64,000 nucleotides of DNA. It comes from Macrostomum hystrix (taxonomy: Eukaryota > Animalia > Platyhelminthes). The stretch's first letter is position 1, and every line of letters begins with the position of its first letter. This document shows positions 1-10,900 of the stretch, piece after piece. Under the pieces are notes generated by a model. That model was not told the DNA's origin, did not search any database, and saw only the letters and a program-made list of their open reading frames with translations. The position numbers were made by a program, and so were the translations under genes. Location: assembly GCA_950097015.1 (NCBI GenBank), contig CATNEN010000009.1:1722898-1786897 (forward strand), in the 5' to 3' direction.

Positions 1-702
1 CGGCTGCTCTTATCTGGCGAGGCGCTCGTCTTCGTGTGGGACCTGCCGGAGGAGAAGAAGAAGAGCTTCGCGACCATCAAGGACGAGCTGGTCAAGTTCT
101 ACCGTGGCAAGGAGAACTCGTTCTGCGCCATGTCGGAGTTCGAGAGCCGGAAGCGACGCCAAGGAGAGTCGCTGAGGGAGCTGTGCCACGCTCTCAAGCT
201 CCTGTACCGGAAGGCACGCCCTGACCACGATCAGACGGTGAGAGACTGCGAAGTGCGACACCGACTGCTGGCTCTGCTGTCGAAGGAGATTCGCGAAGCG
301 TTGCTGAAAGACGCTGACTGCAGCAGCAGCAGCCCGGAGCAGCTGGCGGACCGCGCCACGGCTCTTGAGAGCATCGGCGGCAGAGGCGCCTCTGCAAGCA
401 TCGCGGTAACATCGGTGAGCAGCCAAGTGGTGGACCGGCTGGAGCAGATGCAGGAGCAGCTGGCGGACCTGGCTGCGACGGTCGCCACCATCAGCAGCCG
501 TGGACAGCGCGGTGCGCGAGGAAGAGGAGCTCGGGGGAGAGGCAGCGGTCGCGGGAAATGCTTCAACTGCGCTCAGCCCGGCCATTTCGCGGCCCAGTGC
601 CCCAGGCAGGCCGCGCCAGCCGTGCCGCCCGTGTGCAGCCGCTGCTCAGGCAAAGGGCACCGGGCCGAGGTCTGCCCGACCCCGGCTTCGGGAAACTTCT
701 GA
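1..702 (+). CDS. gag: Gypsy Gag (5'-truncated by window edge)
   Basis: Frame is open from base 1 (RLLLSGEALVFVWDLPEE...). Zinc knuckles CFNCAQPGHFAAQC and CSRCSGKGHRAEVC follow an RG-rich tract. Stop TGA at 700-702. Confidence 0.92.
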   Translation, partial: RLLLSGEALVFVWDLPEEKKKSFATIKDELVKFYRGKENSFCAMSEFESRKRRQGESLRELCHALKLLYRKARPDHDQTVRDCEVRHRLLALLSKEIREALLKDADCSSSSPEQLADRATALESIGGRGASASIAVTSVSSQVVDRLEQMQEQLADLAATVATISSRGQRGARGRGARGRGSGRGKCFNCAQPGHFAAQCPRQAAPAVPPVCSRCSGKGHRAEVCPTPASGNF

Positions 703-748
703 GGACTGGTGACCGTGGGCCATCACCAGCCCTGCCTAGCAAGGCCCA
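690..748 (+). promoter_or_regulatory. -1 programmed ribosomal frameshift signal: G GGA AAC slippery heptamer plus H-type pseudoknot
   Basis: G_GGA_AAC at 690-696 is phased X XXY YYZ in the gag frame. Stem 1 is CTGGTGA 706-712 / TCACCAG 723-729; stem 2 is TGGGCC 716-721 / GGCCCA 743-748. Confidence 0.85.
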
Positions 749-3700
749 AACCGCTTCGCTCTTCCTGCCCGGCAGCATCGCAGGCCGGCCCTGCAGGTGG
801 CTGTTCGACACGGGCGCGCAGGTGACGCTCGTATCAGCTGCCCAGTTTCGAGCTCTGGGAGTCGCAGCTCAGCTTCATCCGCCTCTCAGCACTCCGGTCG
901 GGATCGATGGTCGACGCTTGGAGTCTCCGGCATGCGCAACGCTGGCCATTCAGGTGGGCGGACTGCCGCCCATGGAGCACCCGGTGACGGTGGTCGCCGA
1001 CATTCAGCCGGAATGCGTGCTCGGCATGGACGCCATCAGCAAGATGTGCTCAACCTTCAGCGTGGATCTCATGTCGTCTTCTGTCCTGCTGGGGTCAACC
1101 AGGATCCCAGTCCTGCCAGACAGGAACTCCATGCCGGCCTGCCGGGTGGTGCCCACCGCCGTGGTCGCCAGAGTCGCCAGCACCGTGTCCATCCCAGCCC
1201 GCAGCCGCGTCATCATCCCGGTCAAGGTGGCATCGTACGTTGAGCAGGGTCTGTTCGAGCCCAGCTCTGACTTCGTCGACAAGACCGGCCTGCTGCCGAA
1301 CCGGGCTCTGGTGGTCTCCAGCGCGGACGGCAACCTGCCGGTGGGAGTCTGCAACCTGAGCGCCGACCCGGTGGTGCTCTACCAGAATCAGGCCATCGGC
1401 AACTTCGACGCTGCCGAGCCTCACGGGCCCGACGGTGAAGCTTCGGAGGAGGCCGGCTTCAACATCAACCCGGAGCTGAGCCGGTCGCAGCGCGAGGTCA
1501 TCGAAGCCCTGCTGAACCAGCATGAGCTGGCATTCGCCAGTCACGAGTTCGACCTGGGGACCACGCACCTACTGCAGCACGAGATCAACCTGGAACCCGG
1601 CAGCCGCCCCATCAAGCACAGGCAGCGGACAGTGCCACTGAACTTCAGACAGCAGGTGGACGACAAGATCAGCGAGATGCTGCGTCACGGGATCATCGAA
1701 CCGTCATGCAGTCCGTGGGCGAGCAATCTGCTGGTGGTGCGCAAGAAAAACAACGAAATCCGCATCTGCACCGACTGGAGGGCCCTCAACTCGTGCACCG
1801 TGAAGGACGCCTACCCGCTGCCGCCGCTGTCTGTCGCTCTGGACGCGCTCACTGGCAGCAGCTGGTTCAGCACGCTCGATCTCCGCCAAGGGTTCCTGCA
1901 GGTCGAGCTGCGCGAGCAGGACCGGGAGAAGACCGCCTTCTACACCACGCAAGGCCTGATGCAGTACAGGAAGCTCGGCTTCGGCCTCTGCAACGCCCCG
2001 GCGACCTTCCAGCGCCTGATGGACTTGACGATGGCGGGCCTGAACTGGACGGAGGTGCTCACCTACATGGACGACCTGATCCTGTTCAGCACGACGTTCG
2101 AGCAGCACGCGCAGACGCTGAAGGAAGTCCTGGGAAGGCTGCAGTCGGCAGGCCTCAAGCTGAACAAGCGCAAGAGCTGCTTCTGCTTCCAGGAGGTCGA
2201 GTACCTGGGGCACAAGATTTCGGCCGATGGGATCCAGCCAACCGAGGACAAGGTCAGCGCCATCCAGTCCATCCCGACGCCCGAGTGCGCTGAGGACGTT
2301 CGCCGGCTCGTCGGCATGCTGGGCTTCTACCGGCGGTTCGTGCCGCACTTCGCCAGCATTGCGAATCCGCTGCACCAGGCGACTCAGAAAAGTCGGCAGT
2401 TTCGGTGGACGGCAGAGTGCGAGGCAGCCCTGCGCGAGCTGAAGTCGGCGCTGTCGGCACCCCCAGTGCTGAAGCTGCCGGATTTCTCCAAGGGATTCCG
2501 GCTGTGCTGCGACAGCAGCGGCGTGGCCATCGCAGGAGTCCTCAGCCAGCTCCACGAAGGCGTCGAATGCCCGGTCGCCTACGCGTCGAGAGTCCTGAAT
2601 AAGGCAGAGCGCAATTACTCGACCACCCACAGAGAGCTTCTGGCGGTCGTGTGGGCCATGAAGCACTTCCGGAACTACTTGGCGTCCGCCGGCGAAATTC
2701 TCGTCTTCTCCGACCACAAGCCGCTGCAAGGGCTGCTGAACACCAAGGAACCCGAAGGTCGCCTGGCCAGGTGGATCACGCTCCTGCAGGAGATCAATTT
2801 CAAGCTGCTCTTCAGGCCTGGTCGCGAGAACGTGGTGGCGGACGCGCTGAGCCGGGCGGCGGCGACCCGGCTGACACCCGCCTGGTCGGACGAGGAAATC
2901 AGCGCGGCGCAGGCCGATGACCCGGTGCTGGCAGCGGCTCGCCAGGTGCTCATCGGACGGAGGCCCCGGCGAGGCAAGGCCGCAGACGACGCAGAGAGCC
3001 TGGTGAGGTCGGAGAACCTGGAGCTTGGCGAGGACGGCGTCATCAGGAGAAGCGGCTTCCCCGTCATTCCGCTGCAGCTTCGCCAGGAGCTTCTGAGGCA
3101 GCTGCACGACGACCCGGCAAGCGGGCACCTCGGACTGGACAGGACGCTAGCGAGGGTCGTCAACAGAGCCTGGTGGCCTGGCCTGAAGGACGACGTCCAG
3201 CACTGGGTGAGCAGCTGCGAGGTGTGCCAGCGTCGCAAGGTACCGCACCAGCACCAAAGGGCGCCGCTGCAGGACAACACCGTGCCGTCAACTCCCTGGG
3301 AGATGGTGCAGGTGGACATCAAAGGACCGCTGCCGGCCACAGAGACCGGTCAGAAGTACATCATCTGCTTCACCGACGTGTTCTCCAAGTGGGTCGAAGC
3401 GGCCCCAGCGACCAACATCGAGACTCGCACGGTCGCTGAAGCCATGCTGCGCAGCGTCGTCCTCCGCCACGGGTCGCCCGAGGTCATCCACTCCGATCAA
3501 GGTCGCCAGTTCGAAAGCGACGTCTTCCAGGAGCTGTGCCGGCTGCTCGACATTCGAAAGACCAGGACGACACCATTCCACCCCAGCGGCAATCCGGTGG
3601 TCGAGCGATTCAACCGGACTCTGGGCGACATGCTGGCGGCCTACTGCATGGAGCAGCAGGACAGGTGGGCGGCTTTCCTGCCGTACGTCATCTGGGCGTA

Positions 3701-4310
3701 CAACTCGTCGGTCCACAGCACCACCAAGCGGTCACCGTACGCGGTGCTGCACGGCCGCGACCCCCGGATCCCAGCCGAGCTCAGCCTGCCCGCCGCCGGT
3801 GAGAGGCCGGTCGTCACGGACGCGCTGGCGGACGCCCGCGCCGGCCTGCAGCTAGTGCGGCAGCGCCTGCAGTCGACGCAGCGGTCGCGGAAGCAGCAGT
3901 ACGACAAGCGCCAGCACTTCACTCCGTTCCAAGTCGGCCAGCTGGTGATGCTCAACAACCCGGCGGTGCAGAAGGGCCAGTCCAAGGCGCTCCGCCGGCG
4001 GTGGTTGGGGCCGTACCGAGTGCTCGAGAAGCTGGGCCCAGTCACCTACCGGATCTCCAAGCCCACCGGGCGGAGGCGGAGCTCGGTGGTGCACCACGAC
4101 CGGCTGAAGGCGTTCGTGGCGAGGCGGCCGCAACCCGCTGTCCCGCAGCCCGCCGCCGACCCACCCGCTGCAGAGAGCGACCGGCCGCCCAGTCCGGCTG
4201 CCGACCCGCGTGAGACCTGGCAGGAGCTGCTAGACGAACCGGCGCCTGCTGGGCCCAGACGCTCGAATCGGACTCGGAGGCAGCCAGATTTTTTTGTCGC
4301 GCAATTTTGA
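690..4310 (+). CDS. pol: Gypsy Pol (protease, RT, RNase H, integrase), reached by -1 frameshift from gag
   Basis: ORF 558-4310: LFDTGA protease, YMDDL RT, CDSSG...ELLAVVWA...DHKPL RNase H, GHLG...CEVC zinc finger, VDIKGP/HSDQG/VERFN integrase core, GPYRV GPY/F motif. No stops or frameshifts. Confidence 0.96.
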   Translation, partial: GKLLRTGDRGPSPALPSKAQTASLFLPGSIAGRPCRWLFDTGAQVTLVSAAQFRALGVAAQLHPPLSTPVGIDGRRLESPACATLAIQVGGLPPMEHPVTVVADIQPECVLGMDAISKMCSTFSVDLMSSSVLLGSTRIPVLPDRNSMPACRVVPTAVVARVASTVSIPARSRVIIPVKVASYVEQGLFEPSSDFVDKTGLLPNRALVVSSADGNLPVGVCNLSADPVVLYQNQAIGNFDAAEPHGPDGEASEEAGFNINPELSRSQREVIEALLNQHELAFASHEFDLGTTHLLQHEINLEPGSRPIKHRQRTVPLNFRQQVDDKISEMLRHGIIEPSCSPWASNLLVVRKKNNEIRICTDWRALNSCTVKDAYPLPPLSVALDALTGSSWFSTLDLRQGFLQVELREQDREKTAFYTTQGLMQYRKLGFGLCNAPATFQRLMDLTMAGLNWTEVLTYMDDLILFSTTFEQHAQTLKEVLGRLQSAGLKLNKRKSCFCFQEVEYLGHKISADGIQPTEDKVSAIQSIPTPECAEDVRRLVGMLGFYRRFVPHFASIANPLHQATQKSRQFRWTAECEAALRELKSALSAPPVLKLPDFSKGFRLCCDSSGVAIAGVLSQLHEGVECPVAYASRVLNKAERNYSTTHRELLAVVWAMKHFRNYLASAGEILVFSDHKPLQGLLNTKEPEGRLARWITLLQEINFKLLFRPGRENVVADALSRAAATRLTPAWSDEEISAAQADDPVLAAARQVLIGRRPRRGKAADDAESLVRSENLELGEDGVIRRSGFPVIPLQLRQELLRQLHDDPASGHLGLDRTLARVVNRAWWPGLKDDVQHWVSSCEVCQRRKVPHQHQRAPLQDNTVPSTPWEMVQVDIKGPLPATETGQKYIICFTDVFSKWVEAAPATNIETRTVAEAMLRSVVLRHGSPEVIHSDQGRQFESDVFQELCRLLDIRKTRTTPFHPSGNPVVERFNRTLGDMLAAYCMEQQDRWAAFLPYVIWAYNSSVHSTTKRSPYAVLHGRDPRIPAELSLPAAGERPVVTDALADARAGLQLVRQRLQSTQRSRKQQYDKRQHFTPFQVGQLVMLNNPAVQKGQSKALRRRWLGPYRVLEKLGPVTYRISKPTGRRRSSVVHHDRLKAFVARRPQPAVPQPAADPPAAESDRPPSPAADPRETWQELLDEPAPAGPRRSNRTRRQPDFFVAQF

Positions 4311-4421
4311 GCTGCTAACTATTTTTTTGTTCTTATAAAGCTTGTAGTGCATCATTTTAAGCTGCCTAAAATATTTGTTTATTTTTTTGTTTTTAATGTC
4401 CTCAATTTAGGGATGGAGTGA

Positions 4422-4729
4422 TGTAAGGTGTGCGGTGATTCATTCTCGCATCGCGTCGTAAGTTGGCTTCGTAAATTGTGCAATGCGATGTACATTCTCT
4501 GGTGTACATAGCCAAATATAAAGTCGCTCACTTGAGGCTTTAGTCACCTCGTGTTTTCTCGGTTCTCGCGCAAGTCTCGCCTTCTGAGCTAGTTTACAAT
4601 ATATTGTCTTGTGAATTTTGCACCGAAAATAACCAATCTGACGTCGCTCACGAGAGTGAATAATCGACTCGAAGGCTTTTTCCTGACTGTCACGCAGAAC
4701 CAGCTGAGCCGGCACGCACTCCAGCCACA
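4422..4729 (+). repeat. 3' LTR (about 308 bp; right end tentative)
   Basis: Starts TG directly after the polypurine tract AGGGATGGAGTGA, contains TATAAA near 4518, and plausibly ends ...CCAGCCACA. The second LTR is not in the window, so the end cannot be confirmed. Confidence 0.65.
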
Positions 4730-7700
4730 TGGCGGCTGCTCTTAATTCTAAGAATCAAAACTGCTTCCCGAGAGGCGAATCGAGAAACATAGATATTTCC
4801 TGGAAACATGACAGCTTAAAATCAACTATTTAATTGAGCGGGCGGGCTAAGGTTTAAATTACTGTTTCATAGAGCTAAATATAGATAAGATAGCGTTTTA
4901 AATCAACTGTAGAATGAAAAACATTTAATATACGACGTAAATTGCTTAATGGCGAGTGTACGTTTCAATGTAATCGTACTCGCACGCTATGTAAAGCAGG
5001 TTGTGAAGCAGCCTTTTAATACTTGTTATCTCATTTTTCTGTATTTGTATGTCGCTATATTTTCTGTTCTTTCTTTGCTCTTCTGGCTAAAGCAAAGAAA
5101 GGCAAAAATTTAGTTCTTCAAGCCTTAAAAGTCAAGCCTAAAAGTCAATAACCGTCCTAAATAAATTAATGATCTCTTTCAAAGCTTTCAAACCGAAAAA
5201 GCTGTCTAGGACAGGTGTAAAGGCCGAAAGGAAAGCAAGAATGGCCCCTATGATGCTCTGCTCAGGATAGCTGATGAAGAAAGTGTGCATTCGCTAAGCC
5301 ATATAAAATGCATCTTGCCTACAGATTTACATTAATTCAGCATTGTACCCACTTCGAGCCCCAGCCTTGAAGCGTATATTCTACTGTACCGTATTCTGTC
5401 GTAATCATTATGCACACAACTGTCGCCCCAGCCTAATCTCAAGAAGGCGGTATCGGTTCTCGAAGGGTTAGTAATGGAATGACCGTGCCTTGGAAGATTT
5501 ATGTGTGGCTGATCGTAGCCACGATCCCAGGGACCGAGAGGCGTAAAGACCAGGGTACGTTGTGCTACGGGATAGCGCAACCGAATGACCCTCACGAAAT
5601 GGGGCTTCCACTCGGAATAGAGGATGTACTTTTGGCTAGCCCCCCAGGTCTACGGCCGAAGATAGAGACTGTATGTGAGGTAATCTCGGGCGTAGAACGC
5701 GTCGCGGCCAGCAAGCGAGAACTTTTATTGCATGGGCCAGGATGCAGAAAAGCAAGATAGCCTAACCCAAGGTTAAGATCGAGTGTCCAGTCGAAACAAC
5801 ATACGAAATTATGAAAGAATTAGGTTAACTTGTAATCACCAGGCTCCAATGACGCAACGATAATTGAATAAGTCAGTTATTAACTTCCTAAAGCAAAGAA
5901 AAGGTAAACCAAAAGTTTGGAAAGCAATAATAAGAATGAATCGACTACGAAGTATGCATTGCTAATGAACATCTACGATAGAATAGCGAATAGTATTAGT
6001 TTTCATCAATATCAGGTTAAACTGCGTTATTTTTTAATTGATTGTTTTACTTTTTATGTGCGTCCTCGGTTGAATTTAAATGTTACGAAAAAAAGAGTTT
6101 ATTCTTGTTTAGGTCGTTTTAATCTTGATCAGCACAACCAGCCAAGCATTTATCTTTATTCACAGACCCAGCTTCGCTACATGCTTTGACAACTGACTAC
6201 TAAGATATTGTATCGATGGTATTATTGGCATTTTAAGTGCCGCAGTCAGACACTAGTCAGCAAAACAATGAAAATCATTAGATTGGCTTTTGTAATAATT
6301 AATTTTAGCTTTTGTTTATAGCAAGTTTTTAGTTAGCTTTTTAACTTCTTTAATATACAATATTTTAGCCACACAATGAGCCACAATAATGGTATGGCAG
6401 ATGGCTCGCGACGGCTTGATTTTAAGGTAATATTTTTGTCGCCCATTGTTTTGAATTTGAATTTTTCATGATAAAAATGTATAAAATGTAACACAAAAAT
6501 TTTCTTTTTCTTGATAGAACCAAGCATAAACACTATAGGCTCTACTTATAAATTTTTGCTGCTTAGTAAGTTGGGCTGGCTTTTGAGCTAGTTAGTTTTT
6601 TTAATTGAGATTTACTTCCTTCAATTGCTATTCTCTAGCAAAAATATAGATATAACTTTGTGAGGTTCTAGATACAATGATATAAATTTTTATAAAGAAT
6701 GCAATTTATGGAAATAAAATGTTTAAAAGTGCAATAGATAAGTTTCCTACAGATATGATTTTTTATTTCAACTTATCAATGATAGTTAATTTTCACCTTA
6801 ACTTTGTTACAACTTAATTTAGGTAAGGCTCTAATTCTGTTATTTTATAATATAGGTAAAATAATGCAAGCCATGTTTCGAGACATGTTTGAGGGGCTTA
6901 AACGAAATGCTGTCATCGTAGTGTAGCTACTGTTTTTTGATAAAAATATAATTTATTATCAAGCAATTCAAAGTAGCTACATTCATTGTGAAAAGTAAAT
7001 GAGCATTTGTTTGTAGTGATGCAAATATGTGGGTGCTAAAATCTAGCATTAATGCAAGGTGACAGACAGTAACTCAGAAAGTTGTTTCTAGAAATGCAGC
7101 AGGAAAAGCAAACAGATTCCATCATGGAAATCTGGGCCAGTGTAATGGTATTTAATAGAGTCCAGTAAATCGAAAGCAACATCAGAACTCTCGACTGCTT
7201 GCTAGCTATATTGTTGGACCTGCATAAAGGCAAGCATTTTTCTCGCAAACAGAAATTTGAAACTTGACCTACAGGCAAAGCTGACCAAAAAACAGCAATC
7301 ATAGACTAAGCCTTTGCTGCCACAATTTTTCTCTCGTGAAAATAAATGGTCAGCTTATGCTTTAGTTACTTTAGTATCCTTGCAACTTAAAATGAATAAA
7401 TGCAAACTGAATTATGCAGTGAGATTCTGATTTATTCATGAAATTTTTAACAGGGTCACACGAAGCTAGCAACTGCATTTCATTAGAACTGCCTAGCTAT
7501 CAGAGGTGTGGGATCCCGACTCTGCGCGCAGGCAGTGTTTTGTTTATAAAAACACCGCCTGCGTTATTCTGAACATGGAGGTCAAAAACCAGCCTGTGGT
7601 TGAATCTTGCCCCAACCATTGAAGCTAGTCAAAGCTTTAAACAAAGTAAATCCTCACGCTTGGATGAATCCAATTGCTGAGTGTGTTCACAATCGGCTCC

Positions 7701-7968
7701 CAGTTTGCTAACTTAAGTCAGTTTTTATACCTGGTATACGTTCAGTATTCTGTCTAAGGCCTCACTCTCTGATTGGCCAAGATTGGCCGAGGGTTTTCCG
7801 CGAGCTAAAAATAGAAACAGGCTTAGAAAAAGAGTCAGACCAAAAAGTACGCGCTTCTGTGATGACTCACCAGCAATAGACAGTCTATTTAAACAAAAAA
7901 CTGAAACTTGGTGCTCAATGAAGTCAATGAACTCAATATCCACCCCTATAATGCTAATCCCCTTATAG

Positions 7969-10900
7969 ACGCCAGGTGGCACAGATGTCAAAGGCTCATT
8001 TGCGTCTCTGTTTGTCTGGGTAAGATTTAGAAATAGATTTTTAAATAAATCGAACAAGTCGCAAATAATTAGCGAAAGTTAATCGAAACATTTTTCCAGA
8101 TTGAAACATTTCACACTTTGGACAATCCGCTGAAGTATGAAGACCTGATGGAGCAGGACTTTCTGTTTGAAGTCTTGCACCAAATGTGAGTGTCGCGCGC
8201 TTTCCTGAATCACAGTAATAAAAAACTCTTGAGATGAGCTTGACAACCGATTCCACTGGCCTTCCAGAGACAGCCGGCCTCTTTGGACTGAGCCCGTCAG
8301 CTGCGCCAAGGATTCGGCCAGCCAGATACACAATGCATCAGTGCTGACTGCGCAGCTGCTCACCTGCTATGTGGTGCGTGACTGCCTAGCTGCTGCTGAC
8401 AGAGTGGTGGACACACCTTAGAGAATGGTGGACACACCTTAGAGAATGGTGGACACATCTTGAGAAAATGGTGGATACACCTTAGAGAATGGTGGACACA
8501 TCTTGAGAAAATGGTGGATACACCTTAGAGAATAGTGGACACATCTGAGAGAATGGTGGACACATCTGAGAGAATGGTGGACACATCTGAAAGAATGGTG
8601 GACGCATCTGAGGAAATGGTGGACGCATGACAGGGAATGGTGGACACATCTGAGTGGTCTGAGAGAATGGCGGACACATCTGAGTGGTCTGAGAGAATGG
8701 CGGACACATCTGAGTGGTCTGAGAGAATGGCGGACACATCTGAGTGGTCTGAGAATGGCGGACACATCTGAGTGGTCTGAGAGAATGGCGGACACATCTG
8801 AGTGGTCTGAGAGAATGGCGGACACATCTGAGTGGTCTGAGAGAATGGCGGACACATCTGAGTGGTCTGAGAGAATGGCGGACACATCTGAGTGGTCTGA
8901 GAGAATGGCGGACACATCTGAGTGGTCTGAGAATGGCGGACACATCTGAGTGGTCTGAGAGAATGGCGGACACATCTGAGTGGTCTGAGAGAATGGCGGA
9001 CACATCTGAGTGGTCTGAGAGAATGGCGGACACATCTGAGTGGTCTGAGAGAATGGTGGACACATCTGAGTGGTCTGAGAGAATGGTGGACACATCTGAG
9101 TGGTCTGAGAGAATGGTGGACACATCTGAGTGGTCTGAGAGAATGGTGGACACATCTGAGTGGTCTGAGAGAATGGTGGACACATCTGAGTGGTCTGAGA
9201 GAATGGTGGACACATCTGAGTGGTCTGAGAGAATGGTGGACACATCTGAGTGGTCTGAGAGAATGGCGGACACATCTGAGTGGTCTGAGAGAATGGCGGA
9301 CACATCTGAGTGGTCTGAGAGAATGGCGGACACATCTGAGTGGTCTGAGAGAATGGTGCCACTTTCAGCAATTCACTTCGCACTGATTGCAGGACTGCCT
9401 AAGCCAGGCCGTTCTGCTCCCCATGCTGGACTTGAGCACTCTTGTGAGCTACAGAGTGGATCTCAGTAAGCCCAGCTGTTGCTAACAAGCTTTTCCAAAT
9501 GTTCGGGTGGCTCTAAGAACCTGCTGCAATTTTGCACCCACAGATGCGTCCCAGCAAGAGATGCGAAAGATACTACTGCTAGTACTGGGGCTGGTCATCC
9601 AGAGCGACAGGAAGGACGACTTCATCGCCGTGATGGAGACACTGCCTGGCGACGTCAAGGAGGACATCATGGAGAGCTACAAGGAGGTTCGTGGGCGCTC
9701 GGACAGGGGATCTTGTATTCCGCTCACTTTTTGAGAATTTATACTCAAGCCATTGGATTTTGCAGTTGAGTTCGCAGCTGGTTCGCCTGGACTCCACTGA
9801 GGACTCGTCGGCTCTGAGACGGTGCCACGCTGACCGCCTGACCTGCTTCAAGGTGGCTTTGCTATTCTCGGGTGTAGATGACTTTAATGTTCATTATTAA
9901 CTTGGTTCACAGTTGGACTACCAAGCCTTTTAGCCGCCCCTTTCAATACCAAGGGTGGGATTCCCCCTGACATTAATTTTTGCTGCACCCGAATGGAGCA
10001 ATGCAAGTAAATGAAACTCAAGAACACGGGCCAAATTTTTGTTGTGCATCTTTTGAAATAATAATCAAGTCGCCAGCCCTTTCAGATCGTCGAGATATTC
10101 GTCGGTTCTGGTGGACGGTCTGGTTTTTTTCCCATAAGAGATAGTGTATTTCATTCACCCCAATACACGAATTAGCACTGCGGCCTTGCCAGGCTTTTTA
10201 AATTTATCAGGCCTTACGTCCCGACCTTTATCTAGATTCTAGAAGGAGCTGCTGGACCTTCGACAAGAGGCACAAGCCGAGTATGGACACCCTGATGAAA
10301 TTCACTGATCAACCCTCAATATCGGATGAAGGCCGCACTGAGGCAGAAATGTGAATGAAATACATTACGTATTATAGGAAAAGTCTGACATACGGCCAGA
10401 ACCGTTGATGATATCGACGATTTGGAGGGCTGGCGACTTGATTCTTGTTTCTGAAGATGCGCAACAAAAAGTTGGCCCGTGTTCTAAAGTTTCGTGATCT
10501 TGCATTTACAACAATGCCCTGACCGATGCCCGCAGAGGTCCAGCCAGGCCCTGCGCGAGAAGTTCTACCTTGAGTCAGTGCTGCTCTCCGCCCAGACTGT
10601 CTCCGGCTCCGGGCCCGACCTACTGAAATCCCTGCGCCCGCCGGAGGGCCTCGTGGACTTCCATGGCTACCAGCTGCTCCTCGGCTCAGCCAATCAGCAG
10701 GTCGCCAGCTTGGCAGCCCAGCTCGACGACCGGGCAGCGGAGGCCGCCCAGTTGACAGACCGGCTGCGGCTCAAGCGGGAGAAGGCTCGGCGCCTCAAGG
10801 CTCAGTTGAAGGTCTGCATCCTCATACCTGATCGCCACCTGGCCTGATCCCCACCTGGCCTGATCCCACCTGGCCTGATCCCACCTGGCCTGATTCCACC

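Larger units (their letters stand above)
1..4729 (+). mobile_element. Ty3/Gypsy LTR retrotransposon, 5' end outside window (gag, pol, PPT, 3' LTR)
   Basis: gag with two CCHC knuckles overlaps a pol ORF with domain order PR-RT-RH-IN (Ty3/Gypsy order). A purine tract at 4409-4421 is followed by TGTAAG at 4422. Confidence 0.95.

Noticed and set aside
1704-3128. 474-aa minus-strand ORF and other antisense or alternate-frame ORFs over GC-rich exons (e.g. 11429-12040, 37437-38066)
   Set aside because: Shadow ORFs of high-GC3 coding sequence with no recognisable domains.
4730-4747. TGGCGGCTGCTCTTA after the LTR as a primer-binding site; also a 12-nt match to bases 1-12
   Set aside because: I recognise no tRNA 3' end complementary to it, and no gag follows. 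Bases 1-12 are gag codons, so the match is most simply chance.
5332-5760. ORFs 5332-5595 and 5479-5760; also 14284-14616
   Set aside because: No motifs, splice context or codon bias supporting coding status.
7093-7142. MQQEKQTDSIMEIWAS as first exon of the CCDC88-like gene
   Set aside because: Possible but the donor is weak. An ATG GAG|gtc near 7575 fits equally well, and the Hook tryptophan is already supplied by exon 7969-8019.
8439-9469. Long repetitive ORFs and a CRISPR-like regular array
   Set aside because: Units are head-to-tail with no unique spacers and no cas genes. This and all other arrays (31.7, 32.5, 35.5, 36.5, 41.8, 60.8, 62.9 kb) are intronic minisatellites whose ORFs arise from unit periodicity.
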